In this document: positions 51,162 to 64,000 of the stretch, one piece after another | How positions within the stretch are numbered: the first letter of the stretch is position 1 | How the letters are laid out: each line of letters opens with the position of its first letter | NCBI RefSeq assembly: GCF_008831285.2 | Contig: NC_045138.2 | Coordinates: forward strand, 10,230,001 to 10,294,000 | Length of the DNA: 64,000 nucleotides | Origin: Nymphaea colorata | Taxonomy: Eukaryota | Direction: 5' to 3' | Translations under genes and position numbers: made by a program | Notes under the pieces: model-generated | The model's input: the letters and a program-made list of their open reading frames with translations, nothing else | Told to the model about the DNA's origin: nothing | Database searches by the model: none

Positions 51162-53801
51162 GTAGTGCCATATTCTTCAAGGCTGGCATAATAATTTAAT
51201 TAATTATCAATTTCATTGTTTCCTTTTCCTACTTATTACAATATTATATCAAGTGCATATCTGTAAGCATTTATTTGGTAGGAATGAATTTTCTCAAAAA
51301 AGTTCTAGCCTCTTAACCAATCACCATAGATCTCTTTAAGTATTCTATAGGATATCAGTCATTATATGGATGGTTTTGCTTACCATCAAATTTCAAAGAA
51401 CTTGATGACTTGTTTATGCTTTCAGCTTTCAGGTCGCAGTGTCACACATATAGTTCAATTTACTAGGGTAATAAATTCATAAGTTAACTATGTTCTTCAT
51501 ATCCATCATATGTATAAGATAGACTAGGATAATAAAAGGTAGTAAGTCAATTTATAGACTAGGAGAAAAGGTAGCATGTCAATTTATGCTTTATGAGCTA
51601 GGATGTTATTTTAAAACCTTATTTAATGATTACTTTGACATAATAAGTTCACAGCATTTTAGTTGTTTCACTTTAAACTTCAAAGAAAGCAGCAATCAAT
51701 TCCTGAAGGATATTCACATCCAGTAGTGTAGAGTATTTATGGCAACTTTGAGTGGATGTGGACCCTAACAGTACTTAATCTGTTGCTGCATTTGGTCCTC
51801 CTGCCATTTTCCCAGGCAGCATTTTCCCAAATTCAATCCTTGATATGGCATGATACGGATCATACACAGCTGAGCCTATGACCTAAGGTTTGGATCTGTG
51901 TCAATTCCTTCCCCCTTAACGCACACTTTGCTTTTGATATATGAGGGATTTTGTCAGTTTACATTATCTCACTGTAACTTAACCTATGCTTTTGTATGTA
52001 TATTGAGTCTGTCAAATGCACCCAAGCATCTCTCTTGGTTCTGAAACATCCTTTGGAGCTTTTAGAATTATGTAATCTTACTTGTCAATTGTCATTTACC
52101 ATTCATGAAAATTCACACATTAGAGATCATTTAGAGACTCACACAGTTACGTTTTAATTTGTAGAAGAGGTAAGAAAATGCAATGGAGATGGTGGATAGT
52201 GAATATGTAGTAGGCTGCTGGCATTAGAGGGAGAGAGAGAACTGTCTTTTGAGATCAGTGTACTTGTCTTCTGGTCATTCACAGGGATTCACAGGGATAT
52301 GAAAAACTGAGGGTCCTCATTGTGCTTCAATTAATTTCTCAGATGTATTAGGGGCTGTTTATTGCTGTAGTCTTGCTGCAGTATCTGAGCAATCAAGTTC
52401 CTCTATTTGCTTAGGTTCAAATATATCATACTGATATAACTGCTAATTGATCTGATGTAAAGTATCATTGCTGGTCATTTCTTTATTCCCACCAGGAAAA
52501 AGGAAAAAGTAGAAGTAAAAGAAAAGAGAGAACAAAAGGAAGGGGACCTTTTTATCATTTAAAGTGGGATTGCATCTAAGGTTGCCTTCCGAACTGACTT
52601 CTGGTTTTTGGTTGTCTCTTTTTTCAGTCATCTTCGTTGTGTCATTACCTACTTTTCAAGCATGGATTATTCTCATTCTCAACTGGAGTTTTATCCAATT
52701 TATTGAGCCAACTTGTTTTTAAGACTCAACAACTTCTATTTCTGGGTCTGAAAAAGACAAATTGCTTTATTCTTACAGAGCTGAGATCTCTCTAGACACC
52801 TGGATGAATCGCTTCCTTTTCCACTAGAATTTGTCACAAGGAAATCCAAGATGAAAAAGAGTTGCTTCTGCCCAATTTCTTGAAGTTCTAAGTTTGTCTT
52901 CTGGATGAAGCAAGATCCAAATTTAGTTGCCTGTATCACCTCTACTTTGTCTCATGAGGTACTAATGGCCATATCAAATGATTGTTCAACGATAAACCAA
53001 TGAAGCAAATTGGTTTATACCTATTCTCAGATATCAAAAGCAACAGTTTTATTTCTCAAACATGAGTTCCAGCTTCAAAAAGGGTTCTATGTCAGAGACG
53101 AAGTACTTAAATGAAGTGCATTACAGATCAATTAGCAGTTGTAGAGGCTGCAAAGTGTCAGATAAGGTTGAAGTGTAATAAAGATTAAGTGGATTGGGGC
53201 CTAAAAATCGTGTCTATACAACCTCTTTATATTTGTGCTCGTTTGCTGCCTTGGAAATTTTTGTCTGCAAAGGTCTCACAGTATGAGATGATGATGAAGA
53301 GGAAGACTGATGGTTCTGATGTATAGTCCAACAGGCATGGAGTTCTTACTAGGATGTCCAGAAATACGAGGGTGTGGTGATTTTTCCCTTTTCGAGGAAG
53401 ATGCTGAGCTATAAGTGCATAACGAGGTCGAGAGCTATAGGCCACTCTTCGCTTGCCACTTTGAGTGCAAGAAATCCATATTTAAGAACTGTTCTTAGAA
53501 GGGAGAATCATCATCGAGTAGAAAAGAGCCAGAAGTGCCAGTGGCTAGCAGGGTGGGAAGAAGCTTCTCTTGACTGGAATATCATTGTCAAATGAAGACA
53601 TTGAAGCATGTTTTTGACAAGGGCAGCTTACGATGAAGGTGCAAGTCTTATGCAGTTGAACAGTGAGCTTTGGCGTCCATTGCTAAGTGCAAAACTCCCT
53701 TTTAGCAATGCCAGTGGCTATTCATCTACTTGTGTTTAAAATTAATGCCTGTGTGCGACATTGCTGCCAGAGGTCAACAGGTTTGTGTTCCTTAAATAGA
53801 C

Positions 53802-56800
53802 TGTTGACATATGTTGTATTTGGGTCACCTATCCGGGTTTGGATTTCGACCCGATCCAGTGTGTTACTGTTATGGGCCTACTTAACCTGTGTAAACCCTA
53901 ATTTCAGTGTGAATGATATTCTAAGAGAGAGAGAGTCTGGTTGCTAGTGGGCACCTCCTCACCCGTGGTTTTTTCCCTCTTGTTGAGGGGTTTTCCACGT
54001 TACATTGTGTTCATTTCTTGTTTTTGACTATACATGGTATCAGAGCCGGCTGGTTCTGAAATTACTGTTCAGTTTAGACCGAAAATCCCTGGACAGTGTT
54101 TGGGTGAAGGATTCCCTGTTGCCTGCTTTCTGCCGCTGCCGTGAACTTCCGACTTCCCACTGCTCGCTCGAAGCCACCCTCGCCCGACCACTGCTCCCCA
54201 CTGGCTTCCGGCTTCCCACTGCTCGCCGCCGTGGTCTTTTGGTGTCGTTGCCCTGAGTTCCGGGAAGGTCTGCCGACGGAGTCCACTGTTACGCGGATCG
54301 CCCAAGGGTCGCTGTTGGTTATGCGCTCCTTGTTCAACGGTTGAGTAGTCGCCATGGAGTTCTGGCGCCCTTATTCTGCTGCCTTCTGTCGTGTGTGGGG
54401 GCTATCGCTATGCTTCTACCGTCGCCAGTGCCAGCTGGTCGCCTCCCATCCGTCGTCGCCTGAGCTGTCTGTTTGCTGCCCCTGCTCAAGTGTGCACAAC
54501 ACCGACGCCTGAGCCTCGGCTACCGTCCCCCTGCTCTGCCGTGCTCCCTGCTCTCCTGTGCTCCCTGCTCCACCGTGCTCCCTGCTCAGTCTGTCGATTC
54601 TTTGGGGCGTCTACAACTGAGAATATTCCAGTTCACTACAATTCGCCTCACCAAGGAAAATTACCTTCAATGGTCTGCAGCGATCACTATGGGGATTGCT
54701 GGACGGGGCCGAATTGCGTATGTTAACGGAAGGAAAGTTGAACCTGCTGAGACTAATGTTGCTTAGGACACGTTGTTTCTTGAGGGCAACCAAGTTAAGA
54801 CTTGAATTGTCAACTCTGTGTCCCCCGAGATTCAACCTCTTATTCTTTGCAAGAGGACTGCGAGGGATATGTGGGTTATACTTGAGCAGATGTTTGGCCA
54901 AAAGAAGAAAGTTGTTCGGGTGTATCAGTTGATGAAGGATGTCTATTCTCTTTGGCAAGGTGAACACTCTGTAGCAGATTTCTATGCTGTCTTGAAATCT
55001 AAGTGGGAGGAACTTGACTACTACTCTGATGACACTTGAGATTGTCCTCAAGATCAAGTGCGTTATTTAGCCAAAGAATGGGAGAATAGGGGTATTCCTA
55101 TTTTTAGCAGGGTTGAATGATGACTTTGAAGGTACAAGGAGTCAAATCCTTAATTCTGACAGACTACCTAGTGTTGAAGATGTTTACTCTCGTGTAGAGG
55201 CTGAAGAGCAACGCCGCCTTGTTATTACTAGAAAAAAGGGGGATCACATCTCGTATAATGAGAGGTCTGCCCTTGTTAGCCGTGGTCCTGTAGGAGCTGC
55301 CCGACCTCCTCGCAAGTTCACTCACTGCAATAAAATTAGTCATACAGTGGATTTTTGTTGGGACCTCCATCCTAAAAAAAAGAATAGTCGAGGGAAACCT
55401 TCCAGTGGGAAGAAATCTACTTCTGATGCTACCAACTCTAGTGGAGGGACAACTTCTATCTCAGCTGAACAGATTCGTGAGCTTTGTGCTTATCTAAGTC
55501 AGTTGGTCAGGCCGAAGTGTCAGATGATGTAAAGGTTAACCATGATTTGGCCATTTCTGGTGAAAAAGGTAATTCTTGTATGGAAGAATGGATTGTTGAC
55601 AGTGGTGCCACCCATCACATGACTGGTAATCCTAAGTTTTTTCATGAGTATAAACTATCTTCCGATGGTTCCTTTACCTTTGTGGCAGGAAAAGCGAGTC
55701 TTTCTTTGTTAAACAAATTTTTAGTGCATGGTGCCTTACATGTTCCTCATCCTCCCTTGGATATGTTATCTGTGAGCAAGATTACTAAGGAGTTGAACTG
55801 TGAACTCATATTCTCTACAAATCGTTGTGTTTTGCAGTACTTGGTGACATGAAAGAGAATTGAGATTGGTTTGGTGTCTAAAGGCTTATATTGACTTCCC
55901 ATCTGTGTGGCCAATGCTCTTATGACAACAATTAGCAGGACCGAGAAGAAGAAAGAAGATTGTCTTTAGTTTTTTTTGTATTGGCATGAACGCCTTGGAC
56001 ATCTCCCTTTTGGAGTTTTGAAAAAGTTATTTCCTGAGTTATGTTCTAGTTTGGACATATCTATGATATCTTGTGATGTATGTCAGTTTGCTAAACATGT
56101 TAGGGCTTCATACCTTGTTTCCAACAGTCGTGCTAATGAAGTTTTTTCCTTGATCCATTCTGATGTGTGGGGGCCTTCGGGAATTCATACCCGTTGTGGT
56201 TTTCAGTATTTTATAACATTTATAGATGATTACTCACGGACTACCTTTGTTTACCTCTTGAAAGATCGTAGTGAAGTGCCTCATGTCATAGAGACTTTCA
56301 TTCTTCTTGTGGAGAACCAATATGGTGGTTCTGTTAAGACATTTCGGTCTGATAACACTCGTGAGTATGTGTGTCATGCTGTTGAGGATTTCTTTCGAAA
56401 AAGGGGGATTGTTCATGAGACATCTTGTAGTTATACAACTCAAAATGGGGTCGCTGAGAGGAAAAATTGTCAGTTGTTTAATGTCATCAAAGCCCTCTTG
56501 TTTCAAAGGAATCTTCCCAAACATTATTGGGGAGATACTGTTCTTACCAGCGCATGCCTAGTCGTGTGTTAAATGGGCGGACGACCCACTCTATGCTTCC
56601 AGGGAATCGTCAACCCCTTCACCTCCCCCCTCGTGTCTTTGGGTGTGTTTGCTTCATTCATGATCACAGCCTTAATGTTAAAAAACTTGATTCAAGGTCA
56701 ATCAAGGGAATATTTGTTGGGTATCCTCCTACTCAAAAGGGGTATAAATGTCTTGATCCTACCACTGGTTGTGTTTACGTTATCAAGGATGTCACATTCT

Positions 56801-59042
56801 TGGAACACGTCTCTTATTTCAGTGAGAATCCTCTTCGAGGGGAGAAGTCTATGTCACGGGAAAAGTATTCTCCGAGTCAGGAAATTCAGTTTACTGATTT
56901 CTTGGAGTACAAGCAGGAAGAGAGTCCATCGGGTGTTGAGGTGCTTGAACATGAGAGAAATGAAGGATGTTCCACTGGGACGGAAGAAGAATGTAATCGC
57001 TTGTTTGGGCAGATGTACTCTAGGCAAAGAGTTCTACAGATAAGGTGACTGATGGTGAGAATTCTACTCCTAATCCCAATCCTACTTCTTCCCTGGATGA
57101 CCTAAGTCGTGCTCAGAAGAAACCTGTTGAGGAAGACATTCAGACAGAAACTGAAAATGAGGAGCTTCAGACAGAAACTGAAAATGAGGAGCTTCCCATT
57201 GCCCTGAGAAAGGGTGTTAGGTCCTATACCCAACACCCTATTGGTAACTTTGTGTCATATTCTAGACTGAGTACGAATTACAAATGTTTTGTATCATCTC
57301 TCTCTTTGGCTGTGATTCCCAGGACTGTTACAGAGGCTCAGAGTGATCCCAAGTGGATTCATGCTATGCAAGAAGGGATGGAAGCTTTGATCAGAAACCG
57401 AACATGGGAAGTGGTAGAGATCCCTGAAGCGGCTCATCTGGTTGGATCCAAGTGGTTCTACACCATTAAGTACAAACCAGATGGGAATGTTGAGAGGTAC
57501 AAAGCTCGCCTGGTTGCTAAGGGGTTTAGTTAGAAATATGAGATTGATTACTTGGAGACATTTGCTCCTGTTGTGAAGATGAAGACTGTTAGAGTTATTG
57601 TTTCTCTAGCAGTGTTGAAGGAGTGGAAGATGTGCCAACTTGACGTTAAGAATGCTTTTCTCAATGGAGATCTTGAAGAAGAAGTATATATGTGTATGCT
57701 CCCAGGATATGAGAAACCGGGAAAATGTTGTAAACTGAAGAATGCTTTGTATGGGCTCAAGTAGTCTCCTCGCTCATGGTTTGAACGTCTTAGACTTGTA
57801 ATGAGACAACATGGCTACAATCAAGGAAACAAAGATCATACTCTCTTTGTAAAGAGCAAGGAAGGTAAGGTTACTCTCTTGTTAGTCTATGTTGATGATA
57901 TGATTGTTACATGTGATGATGAAGATGAGATAACAAGATTAAAGGGTTTATTGGTTGCTGAATTGGTCTCAAGGATCTTGGCAAAAATTGCTAGATCAGG
58001 TACGACCCTTGTGCTAAATTAAAAGAAGCATACCCTGGATTTACTGAAGGAGATAGGAAAACTAGGTTGTAGACCGGCTTCTACTCCTCTGGATGCTGGA
58101 CACAAACTTAGTATTAAGGATGAAGAACCTCTTTGTGAAGAAGCTAAGGGTAGGTATCAACGTCTGGTTGTAAGATTGATCTACCTCACTCTGACTAGAC
58201 CTGATATCACATTTGCTGTAAATGTGATGAGTCAGTTCATGCACACACCTACAAGATACTCACTTGAAGGCTGTCGACAGAATCTTGTGTTACTTGAAGA
58301 GGAATCATGGCAAGGGGCTTCTATATGTGAAACAAAGGTCGATTGAGATTGAAGGGTATTCAGATGCAGACTGAGCATGCTATGTTGATACTAGAAGATC
58401 TACTTCAGGGTACTACGTCTACTTGGGGGAAAAACTTGTTGTTTGGAGGAGCAAGAGACAAGATGTTTGTTCCCGCTCAAGTACAGAAGCTGAATATAGG
58501 GCTATTACTACTGGAGTGTCAGAATTACTGTGGCTGAAAGTATTACTGACTGATATTGGGATAGAGACGGAAGGACCTATGAAGATATACTGTGATAACA
58601 AATCCGCAATCAATCTGGCCAACAACCCTGTGTTACATGACCGAACAAAGCATGTCGACATTGACCATCACTTCATCCGGGAGAGAATTGATGTCAGAGA
58701 GTTGATTGTACCATATATGAAATCCGAAGATGACTAAAGCCTTACCTGTGACTCAGGTTGAGAGAAATGTATCCAAGTTGGGCATGTTTGATATGTATGT
58801 CTAACTTGAGGGGGAGTGTTGACATATGTTGTATTTGGGTCACCTATCCGGGTCTGGATCTAGACTCGATCCAGTGTGTTACTGTTATGGGCCTACTTAA
58901 CTTGTGTAAACCCTAATTTCGGTGTGCGAGAGAGAGAGTCTGGTTGCTAGTGGGCACCAGGCCTCCTCACCCGTGTTTTTTTCCCTCTTGTTGAGGGGTT
59001 TTCCACATTACATTGTGTTCCTTTCTTGTTTTTTATTTTACA
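53802..59042 (+). mobile_element. Full-length Ty1/copia element, decayed
   Basis: LTRs 53802-54034 and 58817-59042; perfect PBS tggtatcagagcc; PPT ttgagggggag; TSD tagac / ttgac; RLTKENYLQWS, WIVDSGATHHM, WHERLGH, IHSDVWGP, YKARLVAKGF, YVDDM, RTKHVDID; several stops and frameshifts. Confidence 0.96.
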
Positions 59043-59199
59043 TTGACAAATTTATAAACAAGGAAAAAACAGATCATCTTCAGAAATAGGGAAGAACAAG
59101 ATGCTTCTTCCATCATACGTAGCGTAGATATTCCTCCCACAAGACAACCATCCACAAGAGATAACCTGTTGAAAATGGGGTAGCCATGCATTCTTTCCT

Positions 59200-60054
59200 T
59201 GAAAATTCAATCATTTTTGCCTCAAATTAAAAATATAAGTGAACTTATAACCTTTTTTGCCAAGTTTCCAAGACAAACAAATGAACTGAGATTATAAATA
59301 TGACTGTCAAATTGTAAGCAGTTCCAGCGAGATCATGAAATAAGAATGTTATAGGGTCTAATTGAGTGTACTAAATTATACAAGCCAAATGGGAGCATTA
59401 AATTATACAAGGCTAGACTTGTAACAGAGGACTTAATGCAGGAGAATGTACATGATTATAATGAAAAATTTAATCCTGTTGTTAAGATGAGAACAATTTG
59501 GATTATACTCTTGCTAGCTGTTGATCACGGGTGGTTGTAGAGTTAGATGTAAAAACACGTTCTTACATGGTGACTTGAGGGAGGAGATATAAGTGAAACT
59601 ACCCGCACGACATAGAGGAAACCCCAAAGCATATGTACGTAAGTTGAAGAGAGCTGTCTATAGTTCGAAGCAGATTTCTCAATCTTGGTTTTAAAGCTTT
59701 TCTTTAGAGATCCACAAATTGAAACATGACTTTATTGATTTGAACTGGATCATCCACTATTTATCTTTAAAGCTATGGACATGTGTCCACATTATTGTTG
59801 AATATGTAGATGACAGTTGAAGATGCAAAATGATGGATCTTGGTAGTTTACAATACTTTCCTAGGGTGGAGATGGATAAGAAAGATAGAGTTTGTCTTAA
59901 CTCCACGAAAGTACACACTAGACATATTTATTAAGGCATAAATGAAAGTTTACAAACCATTGGCTAAACTTTGTGTAATCGATAAAAAACTTAACCCTCA
60001 AAATGGAGATCTTTTTTGACTCATTATCATGATCTGATCAGGTATGGTAGTTAG
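59200..60054 (+). pseudogene. Highly decayed copia RT relic, interrupted by a younger copia
   Basis: YKARLVT, PVVKMRTI, LDVK..LHGDL, YVDD, MMDLGSLQYF remnants. Confidence 0.75.
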
Positions 60055-63000
60055 TGTAAGAATCTTCTCAAAATACCATGAGACCACGTCTCTCCGTCTG
60101 ATAATAAGGGGGATGGAGAATAGAGAATAGAAGGGAAGCAATGAAGGAGAGAATGTCGTCGGCCAATGCAGCCGCACGATGCTTGATCTCTATATTAAAA
60201 CATGACCTAATCAGGTTACAACAAAAGGAATAAAACATGAAGTAATTACAAGAGATACCACCGCCTAATATGTTTAGGCGTGAAAAAAGAAAGAAAGTGG
60301 ATCGGGTCTGAACAGACCCGATCCAATATACATACAGACTTAACAGCCCCCCTCAAGTTGTGCATGAGATTTGATCATGCACAACTTGTTTTTCAAATCC
60401 CAAAAGTGCTGCCCTGTGAGTCCTTTGGTAAAAAGATCCGCTATCTGTTCACTGGTGGAGATATAAGTAGGCAAGATCTCGGCTTCTTCAACCTTCTGAC
60501 GAATGAAGTGTTGATCAATCTCAATGTGTTTGGTACGATTATGCAAAACGGGGTTGTAGGCAATTTTGATTGCGCTTTGATTGTCACATAGTAATGATGA
60601 CTGAACAATCGGAAGATTGAGCTCGCCAAGCAAATGCCGTAACCATGACGCTTCAGCTGTCCCTGCAGCCATTGCTCTATACTCTGCCTCAGTGCTAGAT
60701 CGTGCAACTGCGTGCTGCTTTTTACTGCTCCAACAAATGAGATTAGAATCAAGAAAAAGACAAAAACCTGAAACGGAGCGTCGGTCATCGGGATCTCCTG
60801 CCCAGTCTGCATCAGTATAAGTATATATGCTATGTCCAAGAGAAACATTGGGGCACTTTGTATAGACCAGTCCATCCCCAAGAGTAGCTTTGAGATACCG
60901 TAAGATCCGCTTAGCGGCATCCATATGTCCTTCTATGGGTGCATGCATAAATTGAGAAATCTGATTTACAGCATATACTATGTCTGGGCGAGTAAAAGTG
61001 AGGTATTGTAACATACCAACAATGCTGCGATAGAAGGTAAGATTTGAATAGGCAGCGGTTCCATCAGAGGCAGCCAATTTAGTGTTCAGAACACTAGGAG
61101 TAGTTATGGGTTTGCAATTAATCATACCTGCCCTGTCTAAAATATCAAGGGTATACTTATGCTGGGTAAGAGTCAATCGATCATTCGTCCTGTCAAGTTC
61201 AACACCCAAGAAGTACCATAGTTCGCCGAGATCCTTCATCTTGAATTCTTGCTGCAACATACCCTTAACATAAGATATATGTGAAGAAGAATTCCCAGTT
61301 ATAACAATATCATCTACATATATAAGTAACCAAGTGGTAGCTTCTCCGGTATGATATATAAACAAGGAATGATCGAGAGAGCTTCGTAGAAAACCAACTT
61401 GTTGTATATGATGAGAAAACCGATCGAACCATGATCTAGAAGCTTGCTTCAGCCCATATAAAGACTTGTGTAACTTACAAACCCACTTGTGAGGATCATG
61501 AGTAGTGTAGCCGGGAGGTTGCTCCATGTATACCTCTTCCTTAAGAATCCCATGAAGAAAAATATTTTTGATGTCTAACTGGTAAAGAGACCATCCATAT
61601 GAGACTGCAAGAGAAATAATCACACGTATTGTGCCCATCTTGATAACAGGACTGAATGTTTCATCATAATCTTCCCCATAGTGCTGAGTGAAACCACGCG
61701 CCACAAGACGTGCTTTATGTCGAACAATGCTACCATCTGGCTTATACTTCAGTTTGTAAACCCATTTGGAGCCCACAACATTCTTATCATCTGGACGAGG
61801 GATAAGTCTGACACTCATGCAAGGCTTTCATTTCTTCATTCATAGCTTCAACCCAACATTTTTCCTTACTCGCATGTTGATAGGATTTAGGTTCCACCTT
61901 TTTGCTCACTTCTGTCATAAACAACTGAAAATCTAAAGAAAAGTTGTTATAACTCACCCATCGATCAATGAGATGTCGCACACGTTGTGATTGACGTGGG
62001 ACTGCAGTAGGAGCTGATCGCCTAGAGTACACCAGCCCTAAGAACCGACTATGTATAGGTGGATCACTGTGAGAAGATGGGGGCATGTTGTCCAAGGCAC
62101 TACTCACAAGTGTATCGGGCTCATTAACACCTTGCTCTTTATGCTCAGTCAAACGTTCTGTCCCTTGTTTTAAGATTTCAGCATGTAGCCAAGTGTCATA
62201 AACCTCATTTTTATCCTTGAGTGTCATACAAGTAGCCTTGTTCTTGTAACCTGCTTTCATAAAAAACAACATGCCGTGAAATATGAACACACCCAGTTTT
62301 AGGATTGTAGCATCTATAACCCTTGTAATTTTCTGCATACCCTATAAATCTGCACAAAATAGCACGATCTTGAAACTTGTTTCGTAGAGAAACATCAACA
62401 TGCACATAGCAAACACATCCAAAAACACGCAATTCCTCATAGTGTGGCTGCTTTTGATGTAATAGAAAATATGGTGATTTTCCATCAAGCAAAGCTAATG
62501 GCAGTCGATTTATAACATGGACAGCCGTATGAAAAGCCTCGGTCCACAATGTCATGGGTAAGTCTGTGTCATGCATCATGCTGAGGGCGCTTTCAACAAT
62601 ATGTCTATGTTTCCTTTCAACAATTCCGTTTTGCTGAGGAGTATGCGGGCATGAAATTTGTCTAGTGATCCCCTTATCTAGTAAGTACTCAGTAAATTCA
62701 TTAGAAATAAATTCACCACCACCATCACATTGAAAATGCACAATATTACTGGAGTATTTATTCCGAACCAAGGCATGAAATTGAGTGAACAAGCGGAAAA
62801 CTTCTGATTTGTGTTTCATGAAATGGATCCAAGTATATCGGGAATATGAATCAATAAAAATGACATAGTATCTACTCCCAGAAGAAGAAGGAATTGGAGC
62901 AGGCCCCCAAACATCAGAATATATGGTGTCAAAAACCTTTGAAGCTCTTTTATTGATTAATTGAAAAGGAAGGGCATGGCTCTTACAGATATGACAACTT

Positions 63001-64000
63001 GAGCACATGCTGGACTCACTAACTGAACTTAAACTGGACTTATCTAAGAGTCCGTCTGCAACAAGACTTCGAACAAAAGACTGACTACAATGAGCTAACC
63101 GACCATGCCAAATGGATGGCTTATTATACTCTGCGACATTGACTTCACTATGACTAGGAAAACATGAATCTGAAGGGTGAGGTATTGACAGCTGTGGAGC
63201 TTCTTCAAGGACATACATATTTCCTTTGCGAGTGCCCTCAGCGAATGTCTTCTTGGTTCGAGCATCCTTGACATAAACAGAAGATGGTGTGAATTCAACA
63301 GAGGAGTGAGTATCATCAATAAGTTTAGACACTGAGATGATACTTTTCTTGACATTTGGAACAACAAGGACATTCTTTAACGGAATGGAAGAATAGCCCA
63401 TAGATATTTGTGCATTTCCAATGTGCGATATTGTGTGATGGGAACCATCTCCTGTGACAACTGAGCCTTGATCTAAATAGGGGAAAACACTAGAGAGATT
63501 ACCTGTGTCACCAGTAACATGGGCTGCTGCTTCAGAGTCCACATACCACTCTCCTTGCTCGTTTTGTTTCAAGTGGAGCTTAGATAGGGTTGTCATGCGA
63601 AGTTGCTGCACGTCTGCTGAAACATTTGATGTCTGATTTGAGCCAGATGATGACGAAGCTGACCTTGCTGCTGCCCTGTTCTCACGCCTAACCTGATTAT
63701 TTTTGTTCTGAGGGTTGTGCCAACATTCTGATTTTACATGCCCCCTTTTGTTGCAATAGAAACAAGTTGGAACCCTTCTAGATGTGGCAGAGGTAGTATT
63801 CATGCCTGATGGTGTTGGGAGAATCCCTTTTCCCATTCCTGCCTGAGAAGTCCAAGGACGAGTGCGATTCCCTTGCAGTGCATGTGTCATTGTGATCAGT
63901 ACATTGTGGCTATTAGAAGGAATCAAATTCTGTCGCTGAACACGACTAGCTTCATGTTGAAAAAGCTTGGCCTTCAGATCTTCAAAAGATGGGAGAACAG
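60055..64000 (-). mobile_element. Ty1/copia element with near-intact gag-pol, continuing past the window end
   Basis: 3' LTR 60055-60345 (tgtaag..cttaaca); PPT ttgagggggc; ORFs 62211-63926 (CFYCNKRGHVKSEC, protease, integrase) and 60340-61818 (RT, RNase H), joined via 61787-62338 by frameshifts. Confidence 0.96.

Noticed and set aside
52640..53760. Coding-like decayed sequence as the missing RH1 exon
   Set aside because: No frame resembles the RH1 C-terminus; probably an old TE relic that I cannot classify
57141..57194. 27-bp in-frame duplication (QTETENEEL twice)
   Set aside because: Ordinary slippage in the variable integrase-RT linker of a dead copia

Overview
Plant (angiosperm) nuclear DNA, AT-rich and dominated by nested, mostly decayed transposable elements. 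Host genes: (1) the 71-nt terminal coding exon of an NADPH-thioredoxin reductase (9940-10010, +), whose upstream exon lies outside the window behind a >9.9-kb TE-filled intron; (2) a small two-exon single-TM protein gene (12892-13189, +) that looks truncated by two nonsense changes; (3) seven coding exons of DEAD-box helicase RH1/DDX51/Dbp6 (43490-51161, +), whose last exon(s) are not in the window. TEs: five Ty1/copia elements with recognisable LTRs (two complete with TSDs), two more decayed copia RT relics, a non-autonomous gypsy-like LTR element with a related solo LTR, a TRIM, two hAT transposase elements, several hAT MITEs (five with 8-bp TSDs), LINE remnants and a tRNA-headed SINE-like insertion. 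The most notable structure is a hAT element (27670-32688) carrying a genomic, intron-retaining fragment of the V-ATPase c'' gene where its transposase N-terminus should be, inside a LINE > copia > hAT nest. I see no CRISPR, rRNA or tRNA genes, and nothing I can support as a new enzymatic system. All coordinates were read by eye; family names come from recalled motifs, not database searches.
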